64,000 nucleotides of DNA from Salinispira sp. (GCA_965602015.1 OZ271918.1:3328001-3392000), one strand, 5' to 3'. Positions 51,044 through 61,092 are shown, counted from the stretch's first letter. Notes: a model not told the origin generated them from the letters alone. Numbers and translations: made by a program.

Positions 51044-52366
51044 ATGATTTCCGCCGTGAAAAGTACAACGAGCCCGCCCACGCGCGGTTATATTTATGCA
51101 TCATTGGTCTTTTTTGCGATCATCGCCACCCTCGTGCCATCGTCATGCCGTGTATCCGATGACCAGCGGTCTTCGCCCCAGGCCGGACTTCGGTCCGGAC
51201 TTCGGTCCGGGCTCCAGTCCGGGCTCGAGGTTGGGGGTCTTGAATCCCGCGAAACATCCGGCGCACAGGAGGAAAGAAGCCTCCCGCCTCTCAGCCTCAG
51301 TTTTGTCGGGGACTTAATGGCTCACCCGCCGAATTTCCGCATGTCTGACTATTCGCGAATATACGCTGCCGTGGAAGAGCAGTTTCACGACGATGATCTC
51401 AGTTTTATCAACCTGGAGTTCGTCATAGACCCTTCCCGGGCCATGGCCGGTTTTCCCCGGTTCAACGTTCATCGGGATTACGTCGAGGCTGCGGTGGATG
51501 CGGGCTTTGATGTGTTTTCTTTCGCCAATAATCACATAAACGACTACGGCAGTGCGGGAATTCGGGCGACCCGGATTCAGCAGCATCTGCTCAGCCGCTA
51601 CGCCAGGGAAGGCTGGAATCGCCCGGTTTACTTCTCGGGCATCCGGGTGCCCGGCGAGGATGAGTTTCGCATAACCGCAATCGAGCATCGGGGCTGGCGG
51701 ATCGCGTATTTGTCGGTGACGGGGATTCTGAATCAGTACTGGGACGGCGCTGACGACACCTATCTCGTTCGGTACTGGAGCGAGGCCGATAATTCCGCAT
51801 TGCTGGGTTTCATCAAGGAGCGGCGGAGGGACTACGATCTGTTTATTCTGGCGTATCATGGGGGAACCGAATACATCCTGACGCCAAATGAGGGCAAGGC
51901 GGAGCTGTTCACATCGCTTGCGGATGCGGGGGTCGACGTCGTCTGGGGTCATCATCCTCACGTTCTTCAACCGGTGCACTTTTTCCAGCGCCCCGACGGC
52001 CGTTCCGGCGCAATTATGTATTCAATGGGCAATTTCGTGAGTTCCCAGACAGCCTGGCTCGGTCCGGAAGACGGGGGAACCCGCCGCGCCTATACCGGCG
52101 ATTCGGCGATTGTCCGCCTGGAGATACGGAACACTCCACAGGGACCCGATGTTCGGCGAATCGACATGAACCTGATTACCCACCTCAGGGAGTACGATAC
52201 CGACGACCCCGCACGGGACGGATACGAAGTCCATTTTACCGAAGATGCGCCGGGCATAGCCCGGAAGGAATGGAAGCCTTTCTATGAGCAACGCCTGAAA
52301 GAAATGACTCGCTTGATAGGACCGGCTCCCGCGCGGTATTATCAGACCACCGATTCCATGCCCTAG
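51044..52366 (+). CDS. CapA/PGA_cap family metallophosphoesterase lipoprotein
   Basis: FVGDLM, INLEF, FANNHIND, HGGTEY, GHHPHVLQP, YSMGNF; start inferred. Confidence 0.88.
   Translation: MISAVKSTTSPPTRGYIYASLVFFAIIATLVPSSCRVSDDQRSSPQAGLRSGLRSGLQSGLEVGGLESRETSGAQEERSLPPLSLSFVGDLMAHPPNFRMSDYSRIYAAVEEQFHDDDLSFINLEFVIDPSRAMAGFPRFNVHRDYVEAAVDAGFDVFSFANNHINDYGSAGIRATRIQQHLLSRYAREGWNRPVYFSGIRVPGEDEFRITAIEHRGWRIAYLSVTGILNQYWDGADDTYLVRYWSEADNSALLGFIKERRRDYDLFILAYHGGTEYILTPNEGKAELFTSLADAGVDVVWGHHPHVLQPVHFFQRPDGRSGAIMYSMGNFVSSQTAWLGPEDGGTRRAYTGDSAIVRLEIRNTPQGPDVRRIDMNLITHLREYDTDDPARDGYEVHFTEDAPGIARKEWKPFYEQRLKEMTRLIGPAPARYYQTTDSMP
51179..51226 (+). repeat. 12-bp tandem repeat x4 in the CapA linker
   Basis: CAGGCCGGACTT CGGTCCGGACTT CGGTCCGGGCTC CAGTCCGGGCTC encodes QAGL RSGL RSGL QSGL. 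Confidence 0.7.
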
Positions 52367-52374
52367 GAGCGCCC

Positions 52375-53280
52375 ATGGCCCACTCGTGCAGTAAAAGCGC
52401 GGAAGATATCCTCGACCGTGAATTTCCCGTATTGGACAAGGGTTTTGTCCGATTGGTGGATTATATGGGATCCGACGATCGGATAGTCCAATCCGCCCGG
52501 GTCAGCTACGGAAGCGGCACCAAGAGTTTTCGGCAGGACAAGGGCCTGATCGATTATCTTCTTCGAAACGAGCATACTTCCCCCTTTGAACAGGTGGTGC
52601 TCACCTTCCACGCCAAAATGCCGATTTTTGTCGCGCGTCAGTGGGTCCGTCACCGGACTGCCAGGCTTAATGAAATATCCGGCCGCTACAGCGTCATGAA
52701 GGACGAGTTCTACGTGCCTGCCGGCAAAGACATCGCCTTCCAGAGTGAAGACAACAAACAGGGCCGCCTGGCCGAGGCGGTAAGTCCGGATCTTCAGCAG
52801 AGAATCGCCCGGGAGCTGGAGGACAGGCAAAGCGAGGCCTACAGAGCGTATACCGCCCTTATTGACGGCGGGCTGGCCAGGGAGCTGGCGCGAATTAATC
52901 TGCCCCTCAGCCTGTACACCGAATGGTACTGGCAAATCGATCTGCACAACCTGTTTCACTTCCTGAGGCTCAGACTTGATCCCCACGCCCAATATGAAAT
53001 CCGAGCCTATGCCGAGGTGATGCTGACCGTCGCAGAGGCAGTGGCGCCTCTGGCCACCGAGAGTTTCCGAAACCATCTGCTCGGGGGTGTGAGATTCACC
53101 GCTCGCGAGCTGGAAGCAATACGGGCGACGCTTGCTGTGTCCGCCGATGGCCGGCATGACGGAAATGATCCGGTGGAAGCCCTTCCTGCAGCTTTAAGGG
53201 AAACACTCGATGAGTTGAAATTTACCGGACGTGACAAAGAACGTTTGGCCATCAAGCTTTTAGACGGCCGTCAGACCTAA
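52375..53280 (+). CDS. thyX: FAD-dependent thymidylate synthase
   Basis: ARVSY, HTSPFE, RQWVRHRTARLNEISGRY, ELARINLP, HAQYEIR. Confidence 0.97.
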   Translation: MAHSCSKSAEDILDREFPVLDKGFVRLVDYMGSDDRIVQSARVSYGSGTKSFRQDKGLIDYLLRNEHTSPFEQVVLTFHAKMPIFVARQWVRHRTARLNEISGRYSVMKDEFYVPAGKDIAFQSEDNKQGRLAEAVSPDLQQRIARELEDRQSEAYRAYTALIDGGLARELARINLPLSLYTEWYWQIDLHNLFHFLRLRLDPHAQYEIRAYAEVMLTVAEAVAPLATESFRNHLLGGVRFTARELEAIRATLAVSADGRHDGNDPVEALPAALRETLDELKFTGRDKERLAIKLLDGRQT

Positions 53281-53317
53281 AACCCGGAAAAACTAGCCGG
53301 TGAGAGAGATAAATATT

Positions 53318-54073
53318 ATGGAAGACAATAGCTTGCAAAAACGACTTGCCGTGCTGATCGACGCGGATAATGCCCGGCCCTCGATAATCGAGGCTGTGCT
53401 GGAGGAAGTTGCCAACTACGGCATCGCCAGCGTAAAACGCATCTACGGGGACTGGACGAGCCCCAATCTTCGCTCCTGGAAGGAGCTGGTGCTCGAATAC
53501 TCAATTCAGCCCCATCAACAGTTCGCGTACACCACGGGCAAAAACGCCACCGATTCGGCGCTGATAATCGATGCCATGGATCTGCTGTATTCCGGAAGTC
53601 TGGAGGGATTCTGCATCGTGAGCTCGGACAGCGATTTTACCCGGCTCTCATCCCGGCTCAGGGAATCCGGAATGACGGTTTACGGTTTCGGGGAGAAAAA
53701 GACGCCGGAGGCCTTCGTCGTCGCCTGCGACAGGTTTATCTATACGGAAAACCTGCGCAGCACCAAAACCGTCACCGAGGAACAGGATATCCCCCGTATG
53801 TCCTCAAACCAGATGAAGCAGGACTCCCGGCTTATCAATTCAATCCGCAAAGCAATCGAGGACAGCGAGGATGATGAAGGCTGGGCGAACCTGGGTACCG
53901 TCGGCCAGATAATCATGAATGCCTGGCCCCAGTTCGACCCGCGGAATTACGGTTACTCCAAGCTGGGAGAGCTTGTACGGAAAATCGACCTTTTCGAAAT
54001 CGACGCCCGCAAGAGCCCCAGCAACTCCGGCCGTTCGCTGTATATACGGGACCGGCGGAAACACGGCCGCTGA
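53318..54073 (+). CDS. NYN (LabA/DUF88) domain protein with OST-HTH
   Basis: AVLIDADN, YGDW, KNATDSALIIDAMD, SSDSDFT, FDPRNYGYSKL. Confidence 0.93.
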   Translation: MEDNSLQKRLAVLIDADNARPSIIEAVLEEVANYGIASVKRIYGDWTSPNLRSWKELVLEYSIQPHQQFAYTTGKNATDSALIIDAMDLLYSGSLEGFCIVSSDSDFTRLSSRLRESGMTVYGFGEKKTPEAFVVACDRFIYTENLRSTKTVTEEQDIPRMSSNQMKQDSRLINSIRKAIEDSEDDEGWANLGTVGQIIMNAWPQFDPRNYGYSKLGELVRKIDLFEIDARKSPSNSGRSLYIRDRRKHGR

Positions 54074-54107
54074 ACCCGGAGGATGGGGCGGGAGCCTGAA
54101 AAGACCA

Positions 54108-54536
54108 ATGGATAAGCCCAGGTTCTGGCAACAATTTAAATCAGTCATCGCCTTCGTTAAGCCGGCAGACCTGGCGGTTGTCGTTGTGTACCTGTCGCTT
54201 TTTGGGGTTTTCCTTGCCTTGTCGCTGCAAAACGTCGGCGCCGCCGGGTCAATCGTCATTCAAAGCTCGGGGGAAGAGTACCGCTACAGCTTTGATGAAG
54301 ACCGGACCCTGGAGTTCCTCGGTCCCGTAGGAAGCACCTCGGTGGAAATCGATGATGCCGGACGGGCCCGGTTTACCCATTCCGATTGCAGAGATCAAAT
54401 TTGCGTTAACGCCGGATGGCTGGAACGGGGCGGCGAATGGGCCGCCTGCCTGCCGAACCGGGTAATTCTCCGGCTCGACAGGGCTGCTGAAGCTGAAGAG
54501 GGCATAGAAGCGGAAATCGATGCCACTGCCTTTTGA
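54108..54536 (+). CDS. NusG domain II-like membrane-anchored protein
   Basis: KPAD + TM helix; GPVG...VEI, SDCRDQICV, ACLPNRV. Confidence 0.85.
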   Translation: MDKPRFWQQFKSVIAFVKPADLAVVVVYLSLFGVFLALSLQNVGAAGSIVIQSSGEEYRYSFDEDRTLEFLGPVGSTSVEIDDAGRARFTHSDCRDQICVNAGWLERGGEWAACLPNRVILRLDRAAEAEEGIEAEIDATAF

Positions 54537-54584
54537 AGGGCTATAGGCCAGTGCAGCAGCTATGCCGCCGCGTGCGCCGCCGCA

Positions 54585-55679
54585 CTACCTGAGGTCCTCA
54601 GGCTCCCCCATTTCGTATTCCTGGTCCAGCAGGACAAAGGATTCCAGGAGACCGTCGCTGGGATACACTTTGCGGTCGGCGGTAATAAACACCGCCTCGA
54701 TGTAATCAAGCTCGTTCGCCAGCTCCAGGCCTTCCCGCAGTCCCAGACCGAACAGGGCCGTGGAGTAACCGTCCGCGGTCATGCTGACATCGGAAACGAT
54801 CACCACCCCTTCCAGACCGTTGTTCACCGGAAAGCCGTCGTCGGGATTTAACAGATGATGATATCTGACGCCGTCTTCCTCAAAATACCGCTCATAAATG
54901 CCGGAAGTGACGATGGAAAGGTCTTCAGCCGGAAGGGTGCCGAGGTAGGATCCGCGAACCATGTCCGGCCGCTGAACGCCGATTATCCAGGGCCGTTCTT
55001 CTGAGCGCCGGCCGATGGTGAGAATGTTGCCTCCGAAGTCCAGAATGGCCTTTTTGACACCCTGTTCCTTGAGGTAGTCCGAAACCAGATCGGCAGCGTA
55101 GCCCTTGGCTATTCCCCCCAGATCAACACCGGCTCCCGGCTGAGTAATAAAGGCCCGGTCGGGCTGCCCGTCCCGTCCGTCCGCAGGGTAGAGTTCGAGA
55201 AAGTCGCCGCGAATAAGGGGCAGGGTATTTCGCATCTCTGTTTCAGAAGGAATTCGGGGGTTTTCTCCGCCGATATCCCACAGGGCGACCAGGGGTTCAA
55301 TCATCGGGGTGAAGCGGTTCCGGCTGTTCTCCGCGATTTCGACTGATGCCTGCAGAACCTCCATGGTCATTGGGTCCACGTTCACCGGGGACATGCCCGC
55401 CGCCTCATTCAGGCTCACCAGTTCGCTGTCCTGAAGCTGAAGGCTCATGAGCCGATACACCCTGTCGACGATTTCGAATGACTCTTCGAAAAAGCGGGGC
55501 TTGGGATCGTCGTAAATCGTGATGGTGACAATGGTTCCCAGGCTCTGAACAGATCGTCTGACGGGCTCCGTCTCACTATTTTGCGCGCAGGATGTCAATA
55601 ATGTGAACACAATCACAACAATAGGGATAATTTTATCTATAAAAAACGTCTTTGCACATAGCGCGTTTTTAAATCGCAT
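54585..55679 (-). CDS. apbE: FAD:protein FMN transferase ApbE (lipoprotein)
   Basis: Lipobox LLTSC; LGT, DLGGIAKGYAAD, FGGN, TSGIYER, YHHLLNP, ADGYSTA; start uncertain. Confidence 0.94.
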   Translation of the reverse strand: MRFKNALCAKTFFIDKIIPIVVIVFTLLTSCAQNSETEPVRRSVQSLGTIVTITIYDDPKPRFFEESFEIVDRVYRLMSLQLQDSELVSLNEAAGMSPVNVDPMTMEVLQASVEIAENSRNRFTPMIEPLVALWDIGGENPRIPSETEMRNTLPLIRGDFLELYPADGRDGQPDRAFITQPGAGVDLGGIAKGYAADLVSDYLKEQGVKKAILDFGGNILTIGRRSEERPWIIGVQRPDMVRGSYLGTLPAEDLSIVTSGIYERYFEEDGVRYHHLLNPDDGFPVNNGLEGVVIVSDVSMTADGYSTALFGLGLREGLELANELDYIEAVFITADRKVYPSDGLLESFVLLDQEYEMGEPEDLR

Positions 55680-55749
55680 GATAGACTCGGTCATAGTAAA
55701 AACTTATACCAATCTAAACCACGTAACACAAGCTGAGCAGGAGGCTTCT

Positions 55750-57849
55750 GTGAGCGATACGACAAAAATCGTCGTCCTTGGCGGTGGTTACGGCGGAGTA
55801 CACGCCGTAAAAACCCTGTACAAGGCATTTAAAAAAGATAAGTCGGTTGAGATAACCCTCATCGACAGGAATCCGTACCATACCCTGATGACCGAACTAC
55901 ATGAAATTGCCGGTCACAGAACCGAGCCTGAAGCTGTTCAGGTCAGCTTCAAGCGGATATTCGGCGGCAAGCGGATCAACGTAATCAGCGATGAAGTTCA
56001 GGGCATCGACTTTGAAGAAAAGATCATCAAATCCGAGAGCTATTCGTATGAATACGATTACCTGGTTCTGGCAACCGGCGGTCAGCCGGAATTTTTCGGC
56101 GTAGAGGGAATACAGGAAAACTCCTTTACCCTCTGGAGCCTGGAAGATGCTATCCGGATTCGCGAGCATGTGGAACTGATGTTCCGCGAAGCAGCGAAGG
56201 AGCCCAATGCGGAAATTCGCGCTGAAATTCTCAACTTCGTCATTGCCGGCGCCGGATTCACCGGAATGGAACTGGCCGGCGAACTCCTGGAACTGCGCGA
56301 TGTGCTCTGCGCCAAGTATCACATTGATGTGAAAGAAGTAAAAATCGTCATAGTCGAGGCCCAGGACACCATCCTTCCCATTCTCCCGGAAAAGCCCCGG
56401 AGAGCCGCCGCCAAGTACCTCAAAAAACACAATGTCGATGTCCACCTCAATGCCGCCGTGGCCAAGGGCGAAGAGAACAAGTTCACCCTGTCCGACGGAA
56501 CGGTGTATAAAACCCGCACATTCGTCTGGACCTGTGGAATTCACGGTTCGGAGTTTACCGCCCGAATCGGCCTGACCAAGGGAAAAACCTCAAACGACAA
56601 GTGTTCCATTGCCAGCCCCGAGGGAATCCACGGAATGGCGGGCTGTCACTTTGATGACGACGACCGCTACGTAGTCGGAGAGCGGGGACGTATCCTGGTT
56701 ACCGACCAGATGCGCTCGGTGGACTACACCAACGTGTATCTCTGCGGAGACATGATCTGGTATCTCAATGAAGAAAAAGTGGTACCCCAGATCGTGGAAA
56801 CCGCGATTCAGAGCGCCGATGTTGTTGCCCACAACATTATCTGCGACATCAAAGAAAAGACAGAGGACAAAAAATCCTTCAAACCCAACTATCATGGTTT
56901 TATGGTCTCCATTGGCGGCCGCTACGGCGTGGCCCACGTCATGGGCATCAGCCTTTACGGTTTCATGGCCATGGCAGCGAAACACATGATAAACGTTCAC
57001 TATCTCTTCGAGATCGCCGGCGTCAACGCCGTCTGGGGATACCTCAAAGAGGAGTTTCTCACCATCCGCAACCGCCGGTCGATTCTCGGCGGCCACGCCG
57101 CCGCGAAAGTTCCGGCCTACTGGGCTCTTCCTGCCAGGCTCTGGCTGGGATTCGCATGGCTGGTGGAAGGCCTGAACAAGGTCGGCGAAGGATGGCTTCG
57201 ATTCGCAGAGGGAACCAAGTCCGGCTGGATGTTCTCCCCGGGTGTAACCCAGGCTGGCGTTCAGATAGCCGATGCTGCTTCGGCCGCCAGCGAGGAATGG
57301 GTGGAAGGCGGTGAAGCCGCCGCCGATACCGCAGCCGCGGCTTCAGAATGGGTTGAACCTGCAGCCGACGCTGCTGCCGCCGCAACCGAGTGGGTCGAAC
57401 CCGCCGCCGAATCCGCAGCCCAGGCGGTCCGGGGATTTTACATCAACCTCGAAGCCGCAATCCTGTCCTGGGACTCGGGACTCGTCACCTGGTTCCGGGA
57501 AACCTTTATGGACGGCCTGTTCGCCCTGCTGCCCTTCTCGCTCTTCCAGCTGATGATCGTCGGGGCTGAAGTCGCTATCGGACTGGCGCTCATCGGAGGA
57601 CTGTTTACCTGGCCAGCCGCTGTAGCATCAATCGGCCTGGTGGTGGTGTTCGTCCTTTCGGGGATGTTCAGCTGGATGCAGCTGTGGTACGTGTTTATCG
57701 CCATCGTAATGATGGGCGGTGCGGGTCACGTCGCCGGTTTGGACCACTGGGTAATGCCCTGGCTCAAACGGCGCTGGAACTCCACCACCCTTGCCCAACG
57801 CACCCATCTGTATACCGATGAGCCGGTAATGCGGAACAAGAAAAAGTAA
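55750..57849 (+). CDS. Type II NADH dehydrogenase with C-terminal DoxX-like membrane domain
   Basis: VLGGGYGG, YDYLVLATG, AGAGFTGMELAGEL, VWTCG. Tail has RLWLGFAWLVEGLNK, EVAIGLALIGGLFT, GLDHW. AGGAGG RBS before GTG. Confidence 0.88.
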   Translation: MSDTTKIVVLGGGYGGVHAVKTLYKAFKKDKSVEITLIDRNPYHTLMTELHEIAGHRTEPEAVQVSFKRIFGGKRINVISDEVQGIDFEEKIIKSESYSYEYDYLVLATGGQPEFFGVEGIQENSFTLWSLEDAIRIREHVELMFREAAKEPNAEIRAEILNFVIAGAGFTGMELAGELLELRDVLCAKYHIDVKEVKIVIVEAQDTILPILPEKPRRAAAKYLKKHNVDVHLNAAVAKGEENKFTLSDGTVYKTRTFVWTCGIHGSEFTARIGLTKGKTSNDKCSIASPEGIHGMAGCHFDDDDRYVVGERGRILVTDQMRSVDYTNVYLCGDMIWYLNEEKVVPQIVETAIQSADVVAHNIICDIKEKTEDKKSFKPNYHGFMVSIGGRYGVAHVMGISLYGFMAMAAKHMINVHYLFEIAGVNAVWGYLKEEFLTIRNRRSILGGHAAAKVPAYWALPARLWLGFAWLVEGLNKVGEGWLRFAEGTKSGWMFSPGVTQAGVQIADAASAASEEWVEGGEAAADTAAAASEWVEPAADAAAAATEWVEPAAESAAQAVRGFYINLEAAILSWDSGLVTWFRETFMDGLFALLPFSLFQLMIVGAEVAIGLALIGGLFTWPAAVASIGLVVVFVLSGMFSWMQLWYVFIAIVMMGGAGHVAGLDHWVMPWLKRRWNSTTLAQRTHLYTDEPVMRNKKK

Positions 57850-57861
57850 CCTGCGGGTACG

Positions 57862-59043
57862 ATGAAAAATTTTTGGAAACCCCTGAAGTGGTTAATCCCC
57901 GAACTAGAAATAGTCCGGGGATTAATTCTTCTCGCCATCGAAGAGTCCCATCTCCCCCACAAGGTTCTTGAACAAACTGCACGGGATCTCTTTGATCCGC
58001 CGGGAAAGATGATTCGGCCCGGAATGCTGCTGCTCAGCGCCAGAAGTTTCGCCGGCGCTGCGCTAAAATCGGAGCGTATGTCGGTGCCGGCGAGTTGGGG
58101 CGCCAAACAGTTTGTCGAAGAGCTGAGAAAGAGATTCAAAAGCCTCGACGACCTAATTTCCGCCGATCTCAATGAGGCGCCTCTTCCTGGAGCGCTGCCG
58201 CTGCGATTTTATCTCATGGCGGCCGCCGTCGAGATGCTTCACTCGGCTACCCTCCTCCACGATGACGTCCTGGACTCGGCGGAGACCCGGCGAAACCGCC
58301 CGAGCGTACCGTCGCGAATCGGCAATCATCAGGCCATACTGCTGGGAGATCAGCTGCTGACCATGGCCTTTGAAATTATCAGTGAAGCCGCCTCCATCAA
58401 CTCGGCGCGGCTTATCAGCCGGGTGGTCAGCGGAATATGCCGCGGCGAACTCCTGCAGAACTCCATGCTGTACTCCGTGGAGGACGGAATCAGCCTCCGG
58501 CGTTACCGGGAGCGAATTGCCGGCAAGACCGCGGCCATGTTCTCCCTCGCAATGTACCTCGGCGCCAGAGAAATGGAGCATTTTACCAGGGATAGGCACA
58601 GCCTCGGAGAAATCCACGATCCCAAACGGGACGACCCCAGGACCGACAGCCCGGCCTGCCGCTACATTCGCCGCTTCGGCTATGCCACTGGTATGGCGTT
58701 CCAGATTATCGACGATGTACTCGACCTCGATGTATCGGCGGATAACGGGAAAACCAAGGGGACCGATATCCGCGAGGGAATCATCACCCTGCCACTCATC
58801 CTCATGCTCCGGAACGGGACCTTGAGCAAAGAGCAGCTGACGGCACTGTGGAGCGAACCGGAAGCCGTCGAGATTTTTTTACAGAGCAGGGAACTCTCAG
58901 GCGCGTGTGCAGACGCCATTGCGGAAGCCGATATATACGTCAGAAGAGCCCAACGGGCTATCGAAGCTGCCCGGGATGAATCTGGTTTTGATTTGGATGG
59001 TCTTTCCCTGGTTTCCCAACTGCTGCTTCACCGAAGGTATTAG
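57862..59043 (+). CDS. Polyprenyl (trans-isoprenyl) diphosphate synthase
   Basis: GKMIRP, LLHDDVLD..RR, GKTA, FQIIDDVLD, DIREGIITLP. Confidence 0.92.
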   Translation: MKNFWKPLKWLIPELEIVRGLILLAIEESHLPHKVLEQTARDLFDPPGKMIRPGMLLLSARSFAGAALKSERMSVPASWGAKQFVEELRKRFKSLDDLISADLNEAPLPGALPLRFYLMAAAVEMLHSATLLHDDVLDSAETRRNRPSVPSRIGNHQAILLGDQLLTMAFEIISEAASINSARLISRVVSGICRGELLQNSMLYSVEDGISLRRYRERIAGKTAAMFSLAMYLGAREMEHFTRDRHSLGEIHDPKRDDPRTDSPACRYIRRFGYATGMAFQIIDDVLDLDVSADNGKTKGTDIREGIITLPLILMLRNGTLSKEQLTALWSEPEAVEIFLQSRELSGACADAIAEADIYVRRAQRAIEAARDESGFDLDGLSLVSQLLLHRRY

Positions 59044-59048
59044 TTGTG

Positions 59049-60300
59049 AAGTGCCCCCAAAACAGCTGATTTCCTCCCCTCAGGCCACCGCATAATCGGG
59101 CAGATCGATCTTCAGCGCACTCACCGGTGTCTTCCAGATCCGGTGCCAGGTCTTCCATTGGCTGATGTCCAACACCAGATGATGAACGAAGGCCCGCTGT
59201 GTAAACATCCTTTTTGCCAACGTGAGTACCCGCCTTCGGTCAAACCCGGCAACCTCACCATGGCTGATATCGTTTCGTCCGTTTATCCGATACGGCTTGA
59301 GCAGGTTATGATAGGCGATGTAAATCATCATCCGCTCCATGCTGTTGTTCACCGATTTTGACCACTGGACACTCTGGCGGACATGACAGGATTGATCCTT
59401 TCGTATCTCCCGATCCAGGTAATTCACCGGAAACAGCGGGTTCTCAGTGGTCCTGACTACCCTCGATGAGGTTCGGTGATGGATAACCCGCCCTGCATTT
59501 TCCAACTCCGCCCAGTCCCGATGAGCGCACAGCTCACGGCGGTATTCGAGTTTTTCATCGCTCAAGAGATAGCATGGCTTCTTCGATGAATAGGCCTTCC
59601 ACCGGGGAAGAATGGTGTTTATCACATCCTGGAAAGATCGCGCAATTTGTCCCCCTGCAATAGGATACCGGCGATTGAGCTCATCGCGCCGGCGCTTTTG
59701 TGCGGGGGTCATCCGCCCTTTGCGCCGCATCTGCGCATAGTCGCACGCATAGACAACCTGGCTGTCGGAACCTACCGCGAGAGTGAAGTTGTTCGGCCAG
59801 TATTGGCTGTACACAAAGCTTTCAAACCCATCAACGGCAATATCCTCATCGATTGTATGATCGCTCAATAACTGGGCCATGGCAGCGATCGCCTGACGGG
59901 ACAGGCGGCTCAGCCGATTGAGAATGACCTTGTCAGTGACATAAAATTCCCGGGCAATGTCGCGGATGCCGGAGGCCGAGTTGATCGAAGAGAAGATGCG
60001 CCGGTAATCGAGGCGATGATGTGTGCGATAATCGAGGTGAAACGCGCTTTCGCAGAAGTATCGACGGCAATGCTTACAGCGATAGCGCTGTGAAGAACCG
60101 AGGCGGCGGCAGTGATAGTGGCCGTTTCGGACAAACCAGCATCGGCTTGATTCTCTGTCGCGATGATGCTGAGAACAGTCCGAGTACGGACAGAAACGAG
60201 GGATTAATGCCATGGTAATCTCCTATGAGCGGGAATCGTGTCATAGAAGACTACTGGCAAAAGAGTTATGTTGATTCGATCAGCTGTTTTGGGGACACTT
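59049..60300 (-). mobile_element. IS1-like insertion sequence
   Basis: 22-bp terminal IRs AAGTG(C/T)CCCCAAAACAGCTGAT at 59049-59070 and 60279-60300 (1 mismatch) around one ORF. Confidence 0.85.
59080..60213 (-). CDS. Putative transposase (zinc ribbon + HTH + DDE-like)
   Basis: CPYSDC...QRYRCKHC, SGIRDIAR, VDGFES, LSDEK, VNYLDREIRK, YHN. Confidence 0.78.
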   Translation of the reverse strand: MALIPRFCPYSDCSQHHRDRESSRCWFVRNGHYHCRRLGSSQRYRCKHCRRYFCESAFHLDYRTHHRLDYRRIFSSINSASGIRDIAREFYVTDKVILNRLSRLSRQAIAAMAQLLSDHTIDEDIAVDGFESFVYSQYWPNNFTLAVGSDSQVVYACDYAQMRRKGRMTPAQKRRRDELNRRYPIAGGQIARSFQDVINTILPRWKAYSSKKPCYLLSDEKLEYRRELCAHRDWAELENAGRVIHHRTSSRVVRTTENPLFPVNYLDREIRKDQSCHVRQSVQWSKSVNNSMERMMIYIAYHNLLKPYRINGRNDISHGEVAGFDRRRVLTLAKRMFTQRAFVHHLVLDISQWKTWHRIWKTPVSALKIDLPDYAVA

Positions 60301-60303
60301 TCA

Positions 60304-61092
60304 TCACATACCTAGATCGGGATACTCGTAGAGGGGAATAAAACCCCTAACCAGATGGCTGGCGAGCCATGCGTCCGGTTTTATGTGCCGGTGGGATCTC
60401 ATGCGCATCGGGCTGTTGACCAGTTCGCCCGCATCGTTTGTGTATTCATCGGGCTTGAACAGATTCATTTTTTCGAGCACCACACCACGGACGTAATTGT
60501 AATGGAGGTAGGTGATCTGGCCGTTCTCGCTCACCGATACTACAATGCCGGCGTGGGTGAAGGGATCGCCCCATTTACCGTCGCCGTCCTTGTCATAGGT
60601 GTCGTCCCAGATGATGACGTCGCCGGGACTCGGGAGGGCATCGAAATAGTTCAGCTCATAAGCTTCGCCCATGTCGTTGAGCCGTTTGACCCCGTTGCCG
60701 CTGTATAGGTGGAAGTATTTTACCGGGTTAAGACCGGCGCCCCAGTAGGCCGCCAAAACGGTGCCGGTGCAGTCCGCCGGGAACTCCTGCCCGTTTACCA
60801 CCAGGCGCTCGGTCTCAGTGAGGCTGATACCCGACTCGACGATCATCCTCTGTATTTCCGTCGGATACACATAGCCGTCGATAATTTCGAGGGTCCGGTC
60901 ACCCCTTTGAACTGATTTGCCGTTGAGCTCGGGCAGAGCCTGGGGCTTAACGGCGGGCTTGTAGGGCCGGGAGTCCGGGAAAGCGGTCTCCAGGCTTGCG
61001 CAGGATGAGAGAAAAACTGCCAGGCTAATGAGCAGGGCAGCAAGCCGTATATTTTTACGCCGAAGGGACGGCGAGGGGTTCTCCTTGACCAT
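60304..61092 (-). CDS. CHAP/NlpC-P60-like lipoprotein
   Basis: Lipobox LSSC; DCTG, PGDVIIWD, THAGIV, YLH. Confidence 0.75.
   Translation of the reverse strand: MVKENPSPSLRRKNIRLAALLISLAVFLSSCASLETAFPDSRPYKPAVKPQALPELNGKSVQRGDRTLEIIDGYVYPTEIQRMIVESGISLTETERLVVNGQEFPADCTGTVLAAYWGAGLNPVKYFHLYSGNGVKRLNDMGEAYELNYFDALPSPGDVIIWDDTYDKDGDGKWGDPFTHAGIVVSVSENGQITYLHYNYVRGVVLEKMNLFKPDEYTNDAGELVNSPMRMRSHRHIKPDAWLASHLVRGFIPLYEYPDLGM

Noticed and set aside
53318..54073. NYN-domain gene as part of a defence system or of the EET locus
   Set aside because: Common stand-alone LabA/DUF88 architecture with no linked defence genes or mobility signs.
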